Program-made: the position numbers and the translations under genes
Source: Gemmatimonadales bacterium
GTDB lineage: Bacteria; Gemmatimonadota; Gemmatimonadetes; Gemmatimonadales; GWC2-71-9
NCBI GenBank assembly: GCA_035519565.1
Contig: DATIWD010000081.1
Coordinates: 579-64,578 of the forward strand
Length of the DNA stretch: 64,000 nucleotides
Reading direction: 5' to 3'
The notes under the pieces: generated by a model
Database searches by the model: none
What the model saw: the letters and a program-made list of their open reading frames with translations, nothing else
What the model was told of the DNA's origin: nothing
In this document: positions 29,582 through 41,043 of the stretch, piece by piece
Numbering within the stretch: the first letter of the stretch is position 1
How the letters are laid out: every line of letters begins with the position of its first letter

Positions 29582-30465
29582 GTCGTACTCCGGCGCCGAG
29601 CCACCAGCACCGTAATGTTGTCGGTCCCCCCTCGTTCCAACGCCAGGTCGAGTAGGCAGTGGCACAGCTGCTCCGAGGATTTCACGCGTCCGATCTCCGC
29701 GGCGATTTCGTCGTCGCTCACGTGTTTGGTCAATCCATCACTGCAGAGCAGGAGGACACCGCCCGGCCGGACTTCAATCCGGCTCACTTCCGGGCTGGTC
29801 TCCTCACCGCCGATGGAGCTGACCAGGATGTGACTGAACGGAGAGGCCGCCGCCCGCTCGGGCGGCAGCGCTCCCCGGTCCACCAGCTCCTGGGCCATGG
29901 TCTGGTCGCGGGTCACCTGCCGGAGCTTCCCCTCGAAACAGTAGTAGAACCGGCTGTCGCCCACCTGCACCGTGTACATGTACGGCCACACCCCGATCAC
30001 CAGCGTGAGAGTGGTGGCCATGTGCCGCACCTCCGGGTGGGACTCGGCTTCGGCTTTGACTTTCGCGTGGGCCTCGAACACTGCGGTCTTGAGGGCGTTG
30101 AAGAAATGGTCGTCCGCGGCCGAGCCGGCGGTGTGGTAGCACCGCAGAGTCTCGGAGACGTAGCGGGTGACTGCCTCCACCGTCAGCCGACTGGCCTCGG
30201 CACCGCCACCGCCACTGGCCACGCCATCGGCCACCATCATTACGGTGGCCAATCGGTCGCCTCTGAGCGGCAACGTGTCCGGCGAAGGAAGACTGGTTCC
30301 GTGGATAACGACCTGGGGATGAACGGTGCAGAGGAGAAACTGGTCCTGATTCTCCCTCCGGACCTTGCCGGTATGGGTGAGGCCGAAAAGGTCGAGCTCG
30401 TCGTCCCGCGGGCGCTGATCCGCCTCTGCAGGGACCGATGTGGTACGCAGTTGGGTCGCACTCAT
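29578..30465 (-). CDS. PP2C-family Ser/Thr protein phosphatase
   Basis: It has GLTHTGKVRRENQDQF, MVADGVASGGGG, LLLCSDGL and GGTDNITV, which are PP2C metal-binding blocks. I prefer ATG 30465 because GGAGG lies 5 nt upstream. The ORF track starts at 30531. Confidence 0.9.
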   Translation of the reverse strand: MSATQLRTTSVPAEADQRPRDDELDLFGLTHTGKVRRENQDQFLLCTVHPQVVIHGTSLPSPDTLPLRGDRLATVMMVADGVASGGGGAEASRLTVEAVTRYVSETLRCYHTAGSAADDHFFNALKTAVFEAHAKVKAEAESHPEVRHMATTLTLVIGVWPYMYTVQVGDSRFYYCFEGKLRQVTRDQTMAQELVDRGALPPERAAASPFSHILVSSIGGEETSPEVSRIEVRPGGVLLLCSDGLTKHVSDDEIAAEIGRVKSSEQLCHCLLDLALERGGTDNITVLVARRRSTT

Positions 30466-30556
30466 GGTTGCCTCCATCACCCCAGGATCTCGATGTCCGC
30501 CAAAATGGGGTGTCGAGACCCACGCCGCCATCCTGAACTGTGCCCTGCCAGGCCGG

Positions 30557-33214
30557 TCACCGCGCAGGGCCGAGGCGCGACCGGATCTCCTGAAGCCAGT
30601 TGAAGACCACCACGACGGCGCCGGTCGGATTGGGTTCCTGTCGAATCATCAGGAAGCGGCGATCGTCGGGACTGACCGCGTAATCGGCGTGAATTCCTTC
30701 GGCGGCGAACTGGCCGGCGTCGAACAGCGCATGTTGCTCCCCGATCGGCAGACGGGACCCGGAGGCAATGGCCGCGGCCATGAGCTGATTGGCCCCGTTG
30801 CGGTAGAAGAGCTCCCGGCCGCTGTGGGCCCAGACCGGCTCACTCCCTCCTGTCGTCGAGACCTGCCATTTGCCGTCGTTGACGGCCGGGAATGGCCGCA
30901 CGTACACCTCGGCTCGCCCTGATTCGTCCGAGACGTAGGCCAGCCAGCGCCCATCGTCCGAGAGGGCCGGCGCATACTCGTCCGCCGGCGAGGCCAGCAG
31001 GGGAATCACCGCCGAGTCCGACCCGGACCGCCGCGCGTAGATATCGCGACCCTCGGCGCCACCACCACCCACGCGAAAGATCAGCCACTGGCGGTCGGCC
31101 GACCACAGGCCCTCGTAGCTCGGCCGGGCTCCGCTGTCGGTCGGCACTCGCACCGGAGCCGCGCTACCATCCGCGAGACCGCTGTACAAGCCTCCGTCCG
31201 CGCTGGCGAAAAGCACCGACTTGCCGTCCGGACTCCAGCTTGGACGAAGGTTGCCGTTCCCGTTCAGCGTCAGGCGGGAGAGCGGCCCCCCCAACCGCTT
31301 GATCCAGATGTCGAGTCCGGTGCCCGTGCGCAGCGACAGCGCCACGCGAGACCCATCCGGCGAGAGAGAAGGGTTGTCGTAGCTGTCAGTCCAGTGCGGC
31401 TCGATTTCGTGCACGGTCCCCCCTCGGTCTACCCATACCGGCGTGCCGAGCCGGTTCTGGAATGCCGAGTAGATGAGAGTGCCGGAACGCGAGAGCGCCA
31501 GCGCCGCCCCGTTATTGAAGGGAAGGACCTGGACCCCTTCCACCAGAGGTTGGGCCGGTCCGTCGAGCGTCGCGCTCCGGGCATCGAAGCGGGCCACCCC
31601 GACCTTCCCGTCGTTCTGCACCATGACCAGAAACCCCGGCGGCAGGTACCTGGCCATGATCCCGGGGCCGAGCCGTTTCACCTCGCGGGTCTGCAGGCGC
31701 CGGGCAAGGATCTCGGCGCTAGCACCTGCCCCAGCGACGTACAGCAACCACTTCCCTCCCGGCAGGATTTCGGGGCGGAACAGAGCGGGGGCCTTGCCCA
31801 GGGAAGAGTCCCGGGGAACCACCACTTCCGCTCGCCCACCCGTTGCCGGGACTCGCCGGATATCCTTGGTGCTGGCGAAATAGACGAAGCCATCGTCCCC
31901 CCAGCTGCTCCCCCCATTGGCAGCGGAGTCTCCTACCAGGGTCGTGGGCAGCCCGCCGGCGACCGGGACCACGACCAGCTCGCCCTTCGTAGTACCGGCG
32001 GTGAAGGCCAGCGAGCGGCCATCGGGGGAGAAGGCCGGTTCGTAAGCATTATGCGTCCCCGGGATCGGGGAACCGGTAAGTGCATCGAACCGCCGACTCC
32101 AGAGCTGGAAGTCCGAGGGACCGGCACCTACGGGATAGACGAACGACTTTCCGTCCGGAGCGACTGCGAAGGTGTTGTTGTTGAAATGCAGGAAGGGTTC
32201 TTCCTTGGGAAAGGCAATCGCCAGACGCACGGTCGACTGGGACGACTCCGCAGCCGGACGAAGCCAGCCCCAGACGGCAAGCGCGGACGCTGCCGCCGCC
32301 AGGCCCCATCCCAACCAGGCAACTCGCGGGACTCGTGCCCCGATCCTGGACCTCGCCCCCTCATCTCGCGGGATGGATGTCGTGGCGCCGGGCGCCAGGG
32401 CGGACGCGAACTCGGCTGCGCTCCCGAACCGATCGGCCGGTAGCTTGGCCAAGGCCACCCGCACCGCGACATCCACCGACTCGGGTACAGTGTCCCGCAG
32501 GCGGCGGATCTCCAACGGCTTCTCGGTCAGGACCTTGGCGACGATCGCCTGGGCCGTGGAACCGGTAAACGGAGGATCCCCAGTGAGCATCTCGTAGAGC
32601 ACGCACCCCAAGGCATACACGTCGCTCCGGGCGGTCAGCGCCCGTTCACCCATCGCCTGCTCGGGACTCATGTAATGCGGCGTCCCGAGACTCATCCCGG
32701 TCTCGGTCATCCGGCTCCCGCCCGCGCTGGAGGCCGCCAGCGCGATCCCGAAATCCGCCACCAGCGCCTGGCCGTCGTGAAGCAGCACGTTCTCGGGCTT
32801 GATGTCCCGGTGGATCACCCCATGGCGATGCGCGTAATCGAGCGCGCTGGCAATTTCCCTCGTGATCCGCAGAGCGTCGTCGACGGGGAGCTGCTTCTCC
32901 CGGTTCAATCGGTCGCGCAGCGATTCGCCCTCAACGTAGGGCATGACATAGAAGACGGTCCCGTCCACCTCGCCGGAGTCGTGGAGCGGGAGGATGTGCG
33001 GGTGCTGCAGATTGGCGGTGGTCTTGATCTCGTGCAGGAAGCGCTCGCCGCCCAGAATCGCCGCCAGCTCGGGCCGGAGGACCTTCAGGGCGACCGGGCG
33101 ATCGTGACGAACATCGTGGGCCAGGTACACGGTGGCCATGCCGCCCGAGCCGAGCTCGCGCTCGAGCCGGTAGCGGTCTGCGAGGGCCGTCGCAAGACGG
33201 TTGGTGTCGGTCAC
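30557..33214 (-). CDS. Receptor Ser/Thr protein kinase K4: kinase + TM + PD40 beta-propeller
   Basis: Kinase motifs are GSGGMATVY, HRDIKPEN, DFG and GTPHYMSPEQ. The TM segment is VAWLGWGLAAAASALAVWGWL. Blades include AFSPDGRSLAF, SLSPDGSRVAL, SWSPDGKSVLF and ALSDDGRWLAY. Confidence 0.92.
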   Translation of the reverse strand: MTDTNRLATALADRYRLERELGSGGMATVYLAHDVRHDRPVALKVLRPELAAILGGERFLHEIKTTANLQHPHILPLHDSGEVDGTVFYVMPYVEGESLRDRLNREKQLPVDDALRITREIASALDYAHRHGVIHRDIKPENVLLHDGQALVADFGIALAASSAGGSRMTETGMSLGTPHYMSPEQAMGERALTARSDVYALGCVLYEMLTGDPPFTGSTAQAIVAKVLTEKPLEIRRLRDTVPESVDVAVRVALAKLPADRFGSAAEFASALAPGATTSIPRDEGARSRIGARVPRVAWLGWGLAAAASALAVWGWLRPAAESSQSTVRLAIAFPKEEPFLHFNNNTFAVAPDGKSFVYPVGAGPSDFQLWSRRFDALTGSPIPGTHNAYEPAFSPDGRSLAFTAGTTKGELVVVPVAGGLPTTLVGDSAANGGSSWGDDGFVYFASTKDIRRVPATGGRAEVVVPRDSSLGKAPALFRPEILPGGKWLLYVAGAGASAEILARRLQTREVKRLGPGIMARYLPPGFLVMVQNDGKVGVARFDARSATLDGPAQPLVEGVQVLPFNNGAALALSRSGTLIYSAFQNRLGTPVWVDRGGTVHEIEPHWTDSYDNPSLSPDGSRVALSLRTGTGLDIWIKRLGGPLSRLTLNGNGNLRPSWSPDGKSVLFASADGGLYSGLADGSAAPVRVPTDSGARPSYEGLWSADRQWLIFRVGGGGAEGRDIYARRSGSDSAVIPLLASPADEYAPALSDDGRWLAYVSDESGRAEVYVRPFPAVNDGKWQVSTTGGSEPVWAHSGRELFYRNGANQLMAAAIASGSRLPIGEQHALFDAGQFAAEGIHADYAVSPDDRRFLMIRQEPNPTGAVVVVFNWLQEIRSRLGPAR

Positions 33215-33283
33215 GAGTTCGCTGCCAAAATGCGGCGCCGAGAATATGGTCGCTAGTCTACCGACGCGGAATGGTTGGCCGTG

Positions 33284-35458
<2,175 letters not shown>

Positions 35459-35482
35459 GGCATTGAGTACCTCACCTCGGGG

Positions 35483-37645
35483 TTAGAGCCGGGCCAGCAG
35501 AGACTGAAATCTGGGGTCGTCACGGAGGGAGGCCAGATCGGAGTCGTTCTCCAGCCATTCCCGATGCCCGAATCCGTTCCGGATCGCCTTGTCGAGCAGG
35601 GCCAGCGCCTCATCCTTCTGCCCGCCCAGGGCGTGGCAACAGGCCACGTTGTAGAGCTGGCTGGAATCCTCCGGATCCAGAGCCAGCCCCCGGCGGGCCC
35701 AGTCCAGCGCCTGATCGCGCTTGCCCTGCTCCATCAGCGCCGAGGCTCCCAACACCAGGGCCCGGATGTCTTCCGGGTTGGTCTCCAGGTGCCGCTCCGC
35801 GAGGGCGATTCCGCGGCGCTGCGCGGCCGAGCCTTCCTCGGTACGGCCCAACGAGCGAAGGTCCTGGACCATCAACAGCGGAGCCTGGTAGTCCTCCGGG
35901 CGCACCCGTGCGGCTTCGGTGTACTCCCGGACCGCCGCCTCATGCTTCCCCTGCTGGAACAATGCCCGCCCGTAGAAGTAGTGCGGCTCGTACAGGTTGG
36001 GGCCCAGTCGGATCGCGCGCTCGTAGTTGGCATTGGCTTCCTCGTAGCGCTGACTCAGCGAGAGGACCAGCGCCCGCGAGGTGATGGCCTCCGGCATCTC
36101 GGGGTTGAGCTCGAGCGCCTTCTGACTGTAGCTGTCGGCTTGCTCCAGGTTCGACCGGCTGGCGTCCCAATACATGTACAGCACCGAGCAGCAGTCGGCC
36201 GCCCCGGCGTATCCTTGGGCATAACCCGGATCGATCTCGATGGCCCGCTCGAACATCCGACGGGCGAACTGGATGCCGGTCCGGCGGAACTGATGGAAGA
36301 ACTGCCGGCCCCGGAGGTAGAACTCGTAGGCCCGGACGTCCGCGGTGGGGGCCTTCTCGATGGCCCGCTTCTCGTCCTCGCTCAGGACCACGCGGAGCGC
36401 CTTGACGATGTTTTCGGAGATCTCGTCCTGGATCGCGAAGACGTCCTCCAACTCGCGATCGTAGCGCTCCGACCAGAGGTGATAGCCGTCGGCGACGTTG
36501 ACCAGCTGGGCGGTGACCCGGAGCTTCTTTCCCGCCTTTCGGACGCTCCCTTCGAGCACCGTCGCCACCTTGAGCTTCCGACCGATCTCCCCGATGTCCT
36601 CGTTCTTCCCCTTGAAGGCAAAGGCCGAGGTCCGCGAGGCCACTCGCAGCGCCTGAATCTTGGTCAGGGCATTGATGATCTCCTCGGCGATGCCGTCCGT
36701 GAAGTATTCGTTCTCAGGATCGGCGCTCATGTTGACGAACGGCAGCACCGCGATCGACTTGGCCGTGGGCACCGGAGTGACCACCAGCGTCGCATTGGGT
36801 GGCGTCACGATCCGCGCGGAACCCAGCGCCTGCCCCAGCAGCGCCGCGGTCGCGAATCGTTCGTGGGGCTCTCGCGCCAGCGTCTTGGTCACCACTTCGT
36901 CCAGTTCGGGCGACACCCCGCTTCTCCGGGCCTTGAGCGACGGCACCGGCTCGGTGAAGCGCTTGCTCATGAGCGCCTGAACCGTGCTCCCGGTGAACGG
37001 GGCGCTGCCGGCCAGCATTTCGTAGAGCACGCATCCCAGGCTGTAGATGTCGCTCCGGCCGTCGGGCTCTCCTTCTCCCGACGCCTGCTCCGGGCTCATG
37101 TAGGTCGGGGTTCCGACCGCCAGGCCCGTCTGAGTCAGGCTCTCGCTCCCCGCCGCGCTCACCGCCTTGGCGATCCCGAAATCGGTCACGATCGCCTCGC
37201 CTTCGTGGAGCATCACGTTCTCGGGCTTGATGTCCCGATGCACCACGCCCTGGCGGTGGGCGTAGTCGAGCGCCGCCGCCACATCCCGCGCGATCCTGAC
37301 CGCGTCATCCACGGGAAGCTGCTTGTCCTTGTTGAGCCGGTCTCGCAGCGATTCACCTTCCACGAAAGGCATCACGTAGTAGAGCAGCCCGTCGGCCCGC
37401 CCCGAGTCGTAGAGAGGAAGGATGTGAGGGTGCTGAAGGCGCGCCGCGATCTGGATCTCACGCAGGAATCGCTCGGGGCCCAGGGTGGCGGCCAGCTCGG
37501 GGTGCAGCACCTTGAGCGCCACGCGCCGGTCGTGCTTGATGTCCCGGGCCAGGAAGACGGTGGCCATTCCTCCTCGGCCGACCTCGCGGTCGAGGAGATA
37601 GCGGTCGGTCAGACTGGATTGCAGGCGCTGCAGCAGGTCGGCCAT
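35483..37645 (-). CDS. Ser/Thr protein kinase K6: paralogue of K5 (kinase + 'AVLPF' module + TPR)
   Basis: It has the same architecture as K5 and is colinear with it over its whole length (KSIAVLPFVNMSADPENEYFTDGIAEEIINALTK...). It lies 24 nt upstream of K5. Confidence 0.9.
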   Translation of the reverse strand: MADLLQRLQSSLTDRYLLDREVGRGGMATVFLARDIKHDRRVALKVLHPELAATLGPERFLREIQIAARLQHPHILPLYDSGRADGLLYYVMPFVEGESLRDRLNKDKQLPVDDAVRIARDVAAALDYAHRQGVVHRDIKPENVMLHEGEAIVTDFGIAKAVSAAGSESLTQTGLAVGTPTYMSPEQASGEGEPDGRSDIYSLGCVLYEMLAGSAPFTGSTVQALMSKRFTEPVPSLKARRSGVSPELDEVVTKTLAREPHERFATAALLGQALGSARIVTPPNATLVVTPVPTAKSIAVLPFVNMSADPENEYFTDGIAEEIINALTKIQALRVASRTSAFAFKGKNEDIGEIGRKLKVATVLEGSVRKAGKKLRVTAQLVNVADGYHLWSERYDRELEDVFAIQDEISENIVKALRVVLSEDEKRAIEKAPTADVRAYEFYLRGRQFFHQFRRTGIQFARRMFERAIEIDPGYAQGYAGAADCCSVLYMYWDASRSNLEQADSYSQKALELNPEMPEAITSRALVLSLSQRYEEANANYERAIRLGPNLYEPHYFYGRALFQQGKHEAAVREYTEAARVRPEDYQAPLLMVQDLRSLGRTEEGSAAQRRGIALAERHLETNPEDIRALVLGASALMEQGKRDQALDWARRGLALDPEDSSQLYNVACCHALGGQKDEALALLDKAIRNGFGHREWLENDSDLASLRDDPRFQSLLARL

Positions 37646-37650
37646 TGGCG

Positions 37651-39372
37651 TTACGGTCCGGCCGCCTTCATGGCTGCCGTGCTATCTCCCAGCATCAGCC
37701 ACTCGACGATCGAGAGCGGCAGGCTGCCGTAGCTGATCAGTTGGTCGTGGAACGCCCCCAGGCGGAAATTGGCGCCCTCCTGATCGCGATACTTCCCGAG
37801 CAGCCGCATGATCTGCCACTTGCCGACCATGTAAGTGATCTTCTGGGTGGGACTGGACGCCGCTCCTGCCGCCTCTCCCTCCGCCGCTTCCTTGTCGAGT
37901 CCCCCCGCTTCCATGAAGTACTTTACCGCCTGGTCGAAGGTCCAGCGCCCGGTGTGCAGGTTCACATCCACGCCGATCCGGGCCCCGCGGTAGCGCGAGA
38001 GCCGGAGCACCTGGCCGTGCGCGGCCGAGTTCTCGGGGTAGAAGCCGCTCCGGAGCAGCATCTCCTCGCCGTAGAGCGCCCAGCCCTCGATGAAGATTCC
38101 GTCGTTCTGCTGTCGCCGGATCTCGTCGCTCACGTGGTTGGCGATCGAGATCTGGAGAAAGTGCCCGGGGATCCCTTCGTGCCCCAGGATCGGCCGCGGG
38201 TCTTCGATGGCCGCCCGGATGTAGAAATTGCCGCTCTTGGGGTTGTAGGTAGGGATGAAGAAGAAGCCGCTGGGGTCGCTGTCGTAGAGCCCGGGCGGAT
38301 TCATGAAGCCGCCGGGGCTGGTCGGCTTGAATGCCTCTGGCAGCTGGCGAATCAGGAAGGGACCAATGTAGGAGGGAATGGTCACCAGCTCGTTCGCCTT
38401 CAGGAATCCCACGATGTCGTTGAGGCGGCTCTGGTACGCCGCCAGGAACTCTTCCTGGTCCCTGGGGATGTTGGGGCTGCGGGCTGGGTCCGGCGAGGCG
38501 AGGCTGGGGTCGCTCAGCATCGCCTCGAGCCCCCGATTCCGTGCCAGTTCGGCCTCGCCCAGCATGGCCACCTGCTCGGCATCGACCGGCAGCAGGTACC
38601 AGTGTTTGATCAGGTAGTTGTAGTTCTTCTCACCCATCGGGCTCCAGGCCACCATGCGGGGGAGCCTGGCCTCCAGCCAATCGGCAAATCCGTGGAGGGC
38701 GCGTATCGCACCGTCCCGCGCCTTGACCAGCGCCGCCTGCTCTTCCGGACTCAGGCTGTCCGCCAGAGTCATCAGGCTGGTGTTGAAGAGATCGTCCCCC
38801 GAGCGGGCCGCATCGATGGCGAGCTGAGCGTAGAGCTTGACCGGTTTGGTGAGATTGACCTTGCCCTGCTCCAGGAGCGCCGGCATCCGCCGCAACCTGG
38901 CCGTGGCGGCCAGCGCCCGGGTCCGATGCGGGGCGTACTCCTTCTTGAGCAGGCTGAAGATGGCGTTACTGCACTCGCCCACGTAGGTCTGGGGATCCGA
39001 TTCCTCGGGGAAGAGCACGCGGCCGAAAAACGCGACTCCCTCGAGCTGCGAACGGAACAACATGAGATCGATCCGATCGTCGCGGGGCCAACCCTTCGTA
39101 CTCATCGCCTTGACCCGCGCCAGCAGCTGCTCGACGTGCGCCCGACGAGCCCGCACCGCGCTCATGCTGTAGTCGGCCAGCCGATCGTCCCACATGTGCA
39201 GACCCTGATCGCTGGAGCTCACCGGGTAGCTCTGGTCGCGCCAGGCGTAATAACGAACGGCCAGCGCACGCAGCGTGTCCGGAGAGGCCGCCGGGGTGCG
39301 GGCCTGTGCCGCCAGGCCGCCGGTCCCGACGACCGAGACCATGGCCCATGCCAGGAGTGGTCCCTTCAGCAT
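37651..39372 (-). CDS. Secreted DUF885-family protein
   Basis: It has a signal peptide (LLAWAMVSVVGTGGLAAQA) and the HEGIPGHFLQ block I associate with DUF885. Its stop lies 5 nt before the K6 start. Confidence 0.75.
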   Translation of the reverse strand: MLKGPLLAWAMVSVVGTGGLAAQARTPAASPDTLRALAVRYYAWRDQSYPVSSSDQGLHMWDDRLADYSMSAVRARRAHVEQLLARVKAMSTKGWPRDDRIDLMLFRSQLEGVAFFGRVLFPEESDPQTYVGECSNAIFSLLKKEYAPHRTRALAATARLRRMPALLEQGKVNLTKPVKLYAQLAIDAARSGDDLFNTSLMTLADSLSPEEQAALVKARDGAIRALHGFADWLEARLPRMVAWSPMGEKNYNYLIKHWYLLPVDAEQVAMLGEAELARNRGLEAMLSDPSLASPDPARSPNIPRDQEEFLAAYQSRLNDIVGFLKANELVTIPSYIGPFLIRQLPEAFKPTSPGGFMNPPGLYDSDPSGFFFIPTYNPKSGNFYIRAAIEDPRPILGHEGIPGHFLQISIANHVSDEIRRQQNDGIFIEGWALYGEEMLLRSGFYPENSAAHGQVLRLSRYRGARIGVDVNLHTGRWTFDQAVKYFMEAGGLDKEAAEGEAAGAASSPTQKITYMVGKWQIMRLLGKYRDQEGANFRLGAFHDQLISYGSLPLSIVEWLMLGDSTAAMKAAGP

Positions 39373-39474
39373 CGATGTCTCCAGAAGTGCCGACTGCGGT
39401 CGGCTTCGGGGGCTTGGAGCGCGGGGTTTCAGGCCGTCAAGAATGGCGAGGACGGGCCCGGTTCGCTACCAGGG

Positions 39475-41043
39475 TCAGGGACCCGCCAGGAGGCGACGTA
39501 CTTCTTCCAGTTCGGGCAGGCCGGGATCGGCCTGGTGCCAGATCTCCTGAAGATCCCGGATGGCCGACTGGGCGGCCTTGGTATCACCGGCGCCGGCGGC
39601 GGCGCGGGCCAGGCCGATCAGTGAGCGCGCTCTCCGCGGGGCCCCCTGCAGCGCCCGCTCGAACTCGATCTCCGCCTCGCCCGGGCGCTGCATCCCCAGG
39701 AGCAACTCGCCCAGCAACTCATGGGAGGGCTTGATCCAGGTAGGGGGACCGAAATCGACCGGGATCGTCTCTTCGAGGGCAATCGCCTGTCGCACCAGTG
39801 CCACCGCCGTGTCGCCGTGGCCGGCTCCCGCCTCGAGGGACGCGCGCAGTTGCGAGGAGAGAATCGCCGCGACTTGCCTGCTATCGTCCTCGCCTGGACC
39901 CACCTCCGCCTGCCTCAGGCTGTCGAGGCCGGTCACCGCCTTCTCCGCCGCGCCCCGATCCCCCCGCTTGAGTGCCGCCAGGCCCAGGACATATCGGTCG
40001 CAAACCAGTGGAACGCTCGGCCCGTCGTCGAGGTCGATGGTCCAGTCCGCCACCGGACTGGTCCAGGCCTCGGTGTTGACCAGGTAATGCGCCCGCATCC
40101 AGGCCAGGGCATGGCGCCTCGGTCGTGACCCTCCCTCACCCAGATTGGCCCGGACCCGCTCCAGCAGCCTGGTGGCTTCCACATAGCGACCCTGCTGCAA
40201 CAGCCCATAGTCGAGCCACGCCGTGTAGTGTCCCGGCACTTCCGCAGTGGCCTTCACCGCAATCGCGTTCTGTGAAACCACCTGGTCCCACATGCCGAGC
40301 GCCACGAAGATGTGGGTGGTCATGTGCTGGGCGTGGGCCGCATCGGGCGCGATCCCCGAATAGGCACGAGCCGCCGGGAGCCCCAGTGGCGCATGGACCG
40401 GATCGTCAAAGGCGTGAATCAGGTAGTGCGCGGCGCCGGGATGGTTGGGGTTGACCCGGAACACGCTGTCGGCGATCGCTGCCGCGCGCATGTACGTCGG
40501 CACGTTTCGAATTCCCTGACTCAGCCCCTCGAGCGCCAGCGCGTAGAACACCTTGGCCTCGAGATCCTTGGGGTACTTGCGGGCCACTTCTGCCATCACT
40601 GTCGCATAGGCGGTGTCGCGGACCGGCTTGGAGCCGGTCCCGTAGAGGGCCTCTACCGCCGACAGGTAGTCCTTCTCCCTGGCAGTGGGGGCCCGCTTCT
40701 GGCGCGCCTCCGGCGTCGGTCCCAGTCGAGCCAGGGTGGCGCGCGCCGAGACCGAGTCCTGTTCGTTCCAGATCGGATGGGTGTAGCTCATGGCCTCGCC
40801 CCAGTAGGCCATGGCGAAGCCCGAATCCAGTGCCTGGGCCTTCTTGAAGGCCTTGATCGCCGACTCGTACTCGAAGCTGTGCAGGTACAGCACGCCCTGG
40901 ATGAATTGTGCCTGCGCGGCCCCCTTGGCCGAGGTGGGGAAACTGATGGTGCCCAGGCGCGGAGGCTGCTGGGCCGTGGCCGTCGAGGGGAGCGCCACCA
41001 GCAGGGCGGCGAGCAGGGCGTGTCGAATCGGAGACCCGGTCAT
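39475..41043 (-). CDS. Secreted TPR-like protein with conserved His motifs
   Basis: It has a signal peptide (LLAALLVALPSTATAQ) and helical repeats. HYLIHAFDD and HMTTHIFV motifs are present. Its start overlaps the acyltransferase stop (4 nt). Confidence 0.65.
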   Translation of the reverse strand: MTGSPIRHALLAALLVALPSTATAQQPPRLGTISFPTSAKGAAQAQFIQGVLYLHSFEYESAIKAFKKAQALDSGFAMAYWGEAMSYTHPIWNEQDSVSARATLARLGPTPEARQKRAPTAREKDYLSAVEALYGTGSKPVRDTAYATVMAEVARKYPKDLEAKVFYALALEGLSQGIRNVPTYMRAAAIADSVFRVNPNHPGAAHYLIHAFDDPVHAPLGLPAARAYSGIAPDAAHAQHMTTHIFVALGMWDQVVSQNAIAVKATAEVPGHYTAWLDYGLLQQGRYVEATRLLERVRANLGEGGSRPRRHALAWMRAHYLVNTEAWTSPVADWTIDLDDGPSVPLVCDRYVLGLAALKRGDRGAAEKAVTGLDSLRQAEVGPGEDDSRQVAAILSSQLRASLEAGAGHGDTAVALVRQAIALEETIPVDFGPPTWIKPSHELLGELLLGMQRPGEAEIEFERALQGAPRRARSLIGLARAAAGAGDTKAAQSAIRDLQEIWHQADPGLPELEEVRRLLAGP

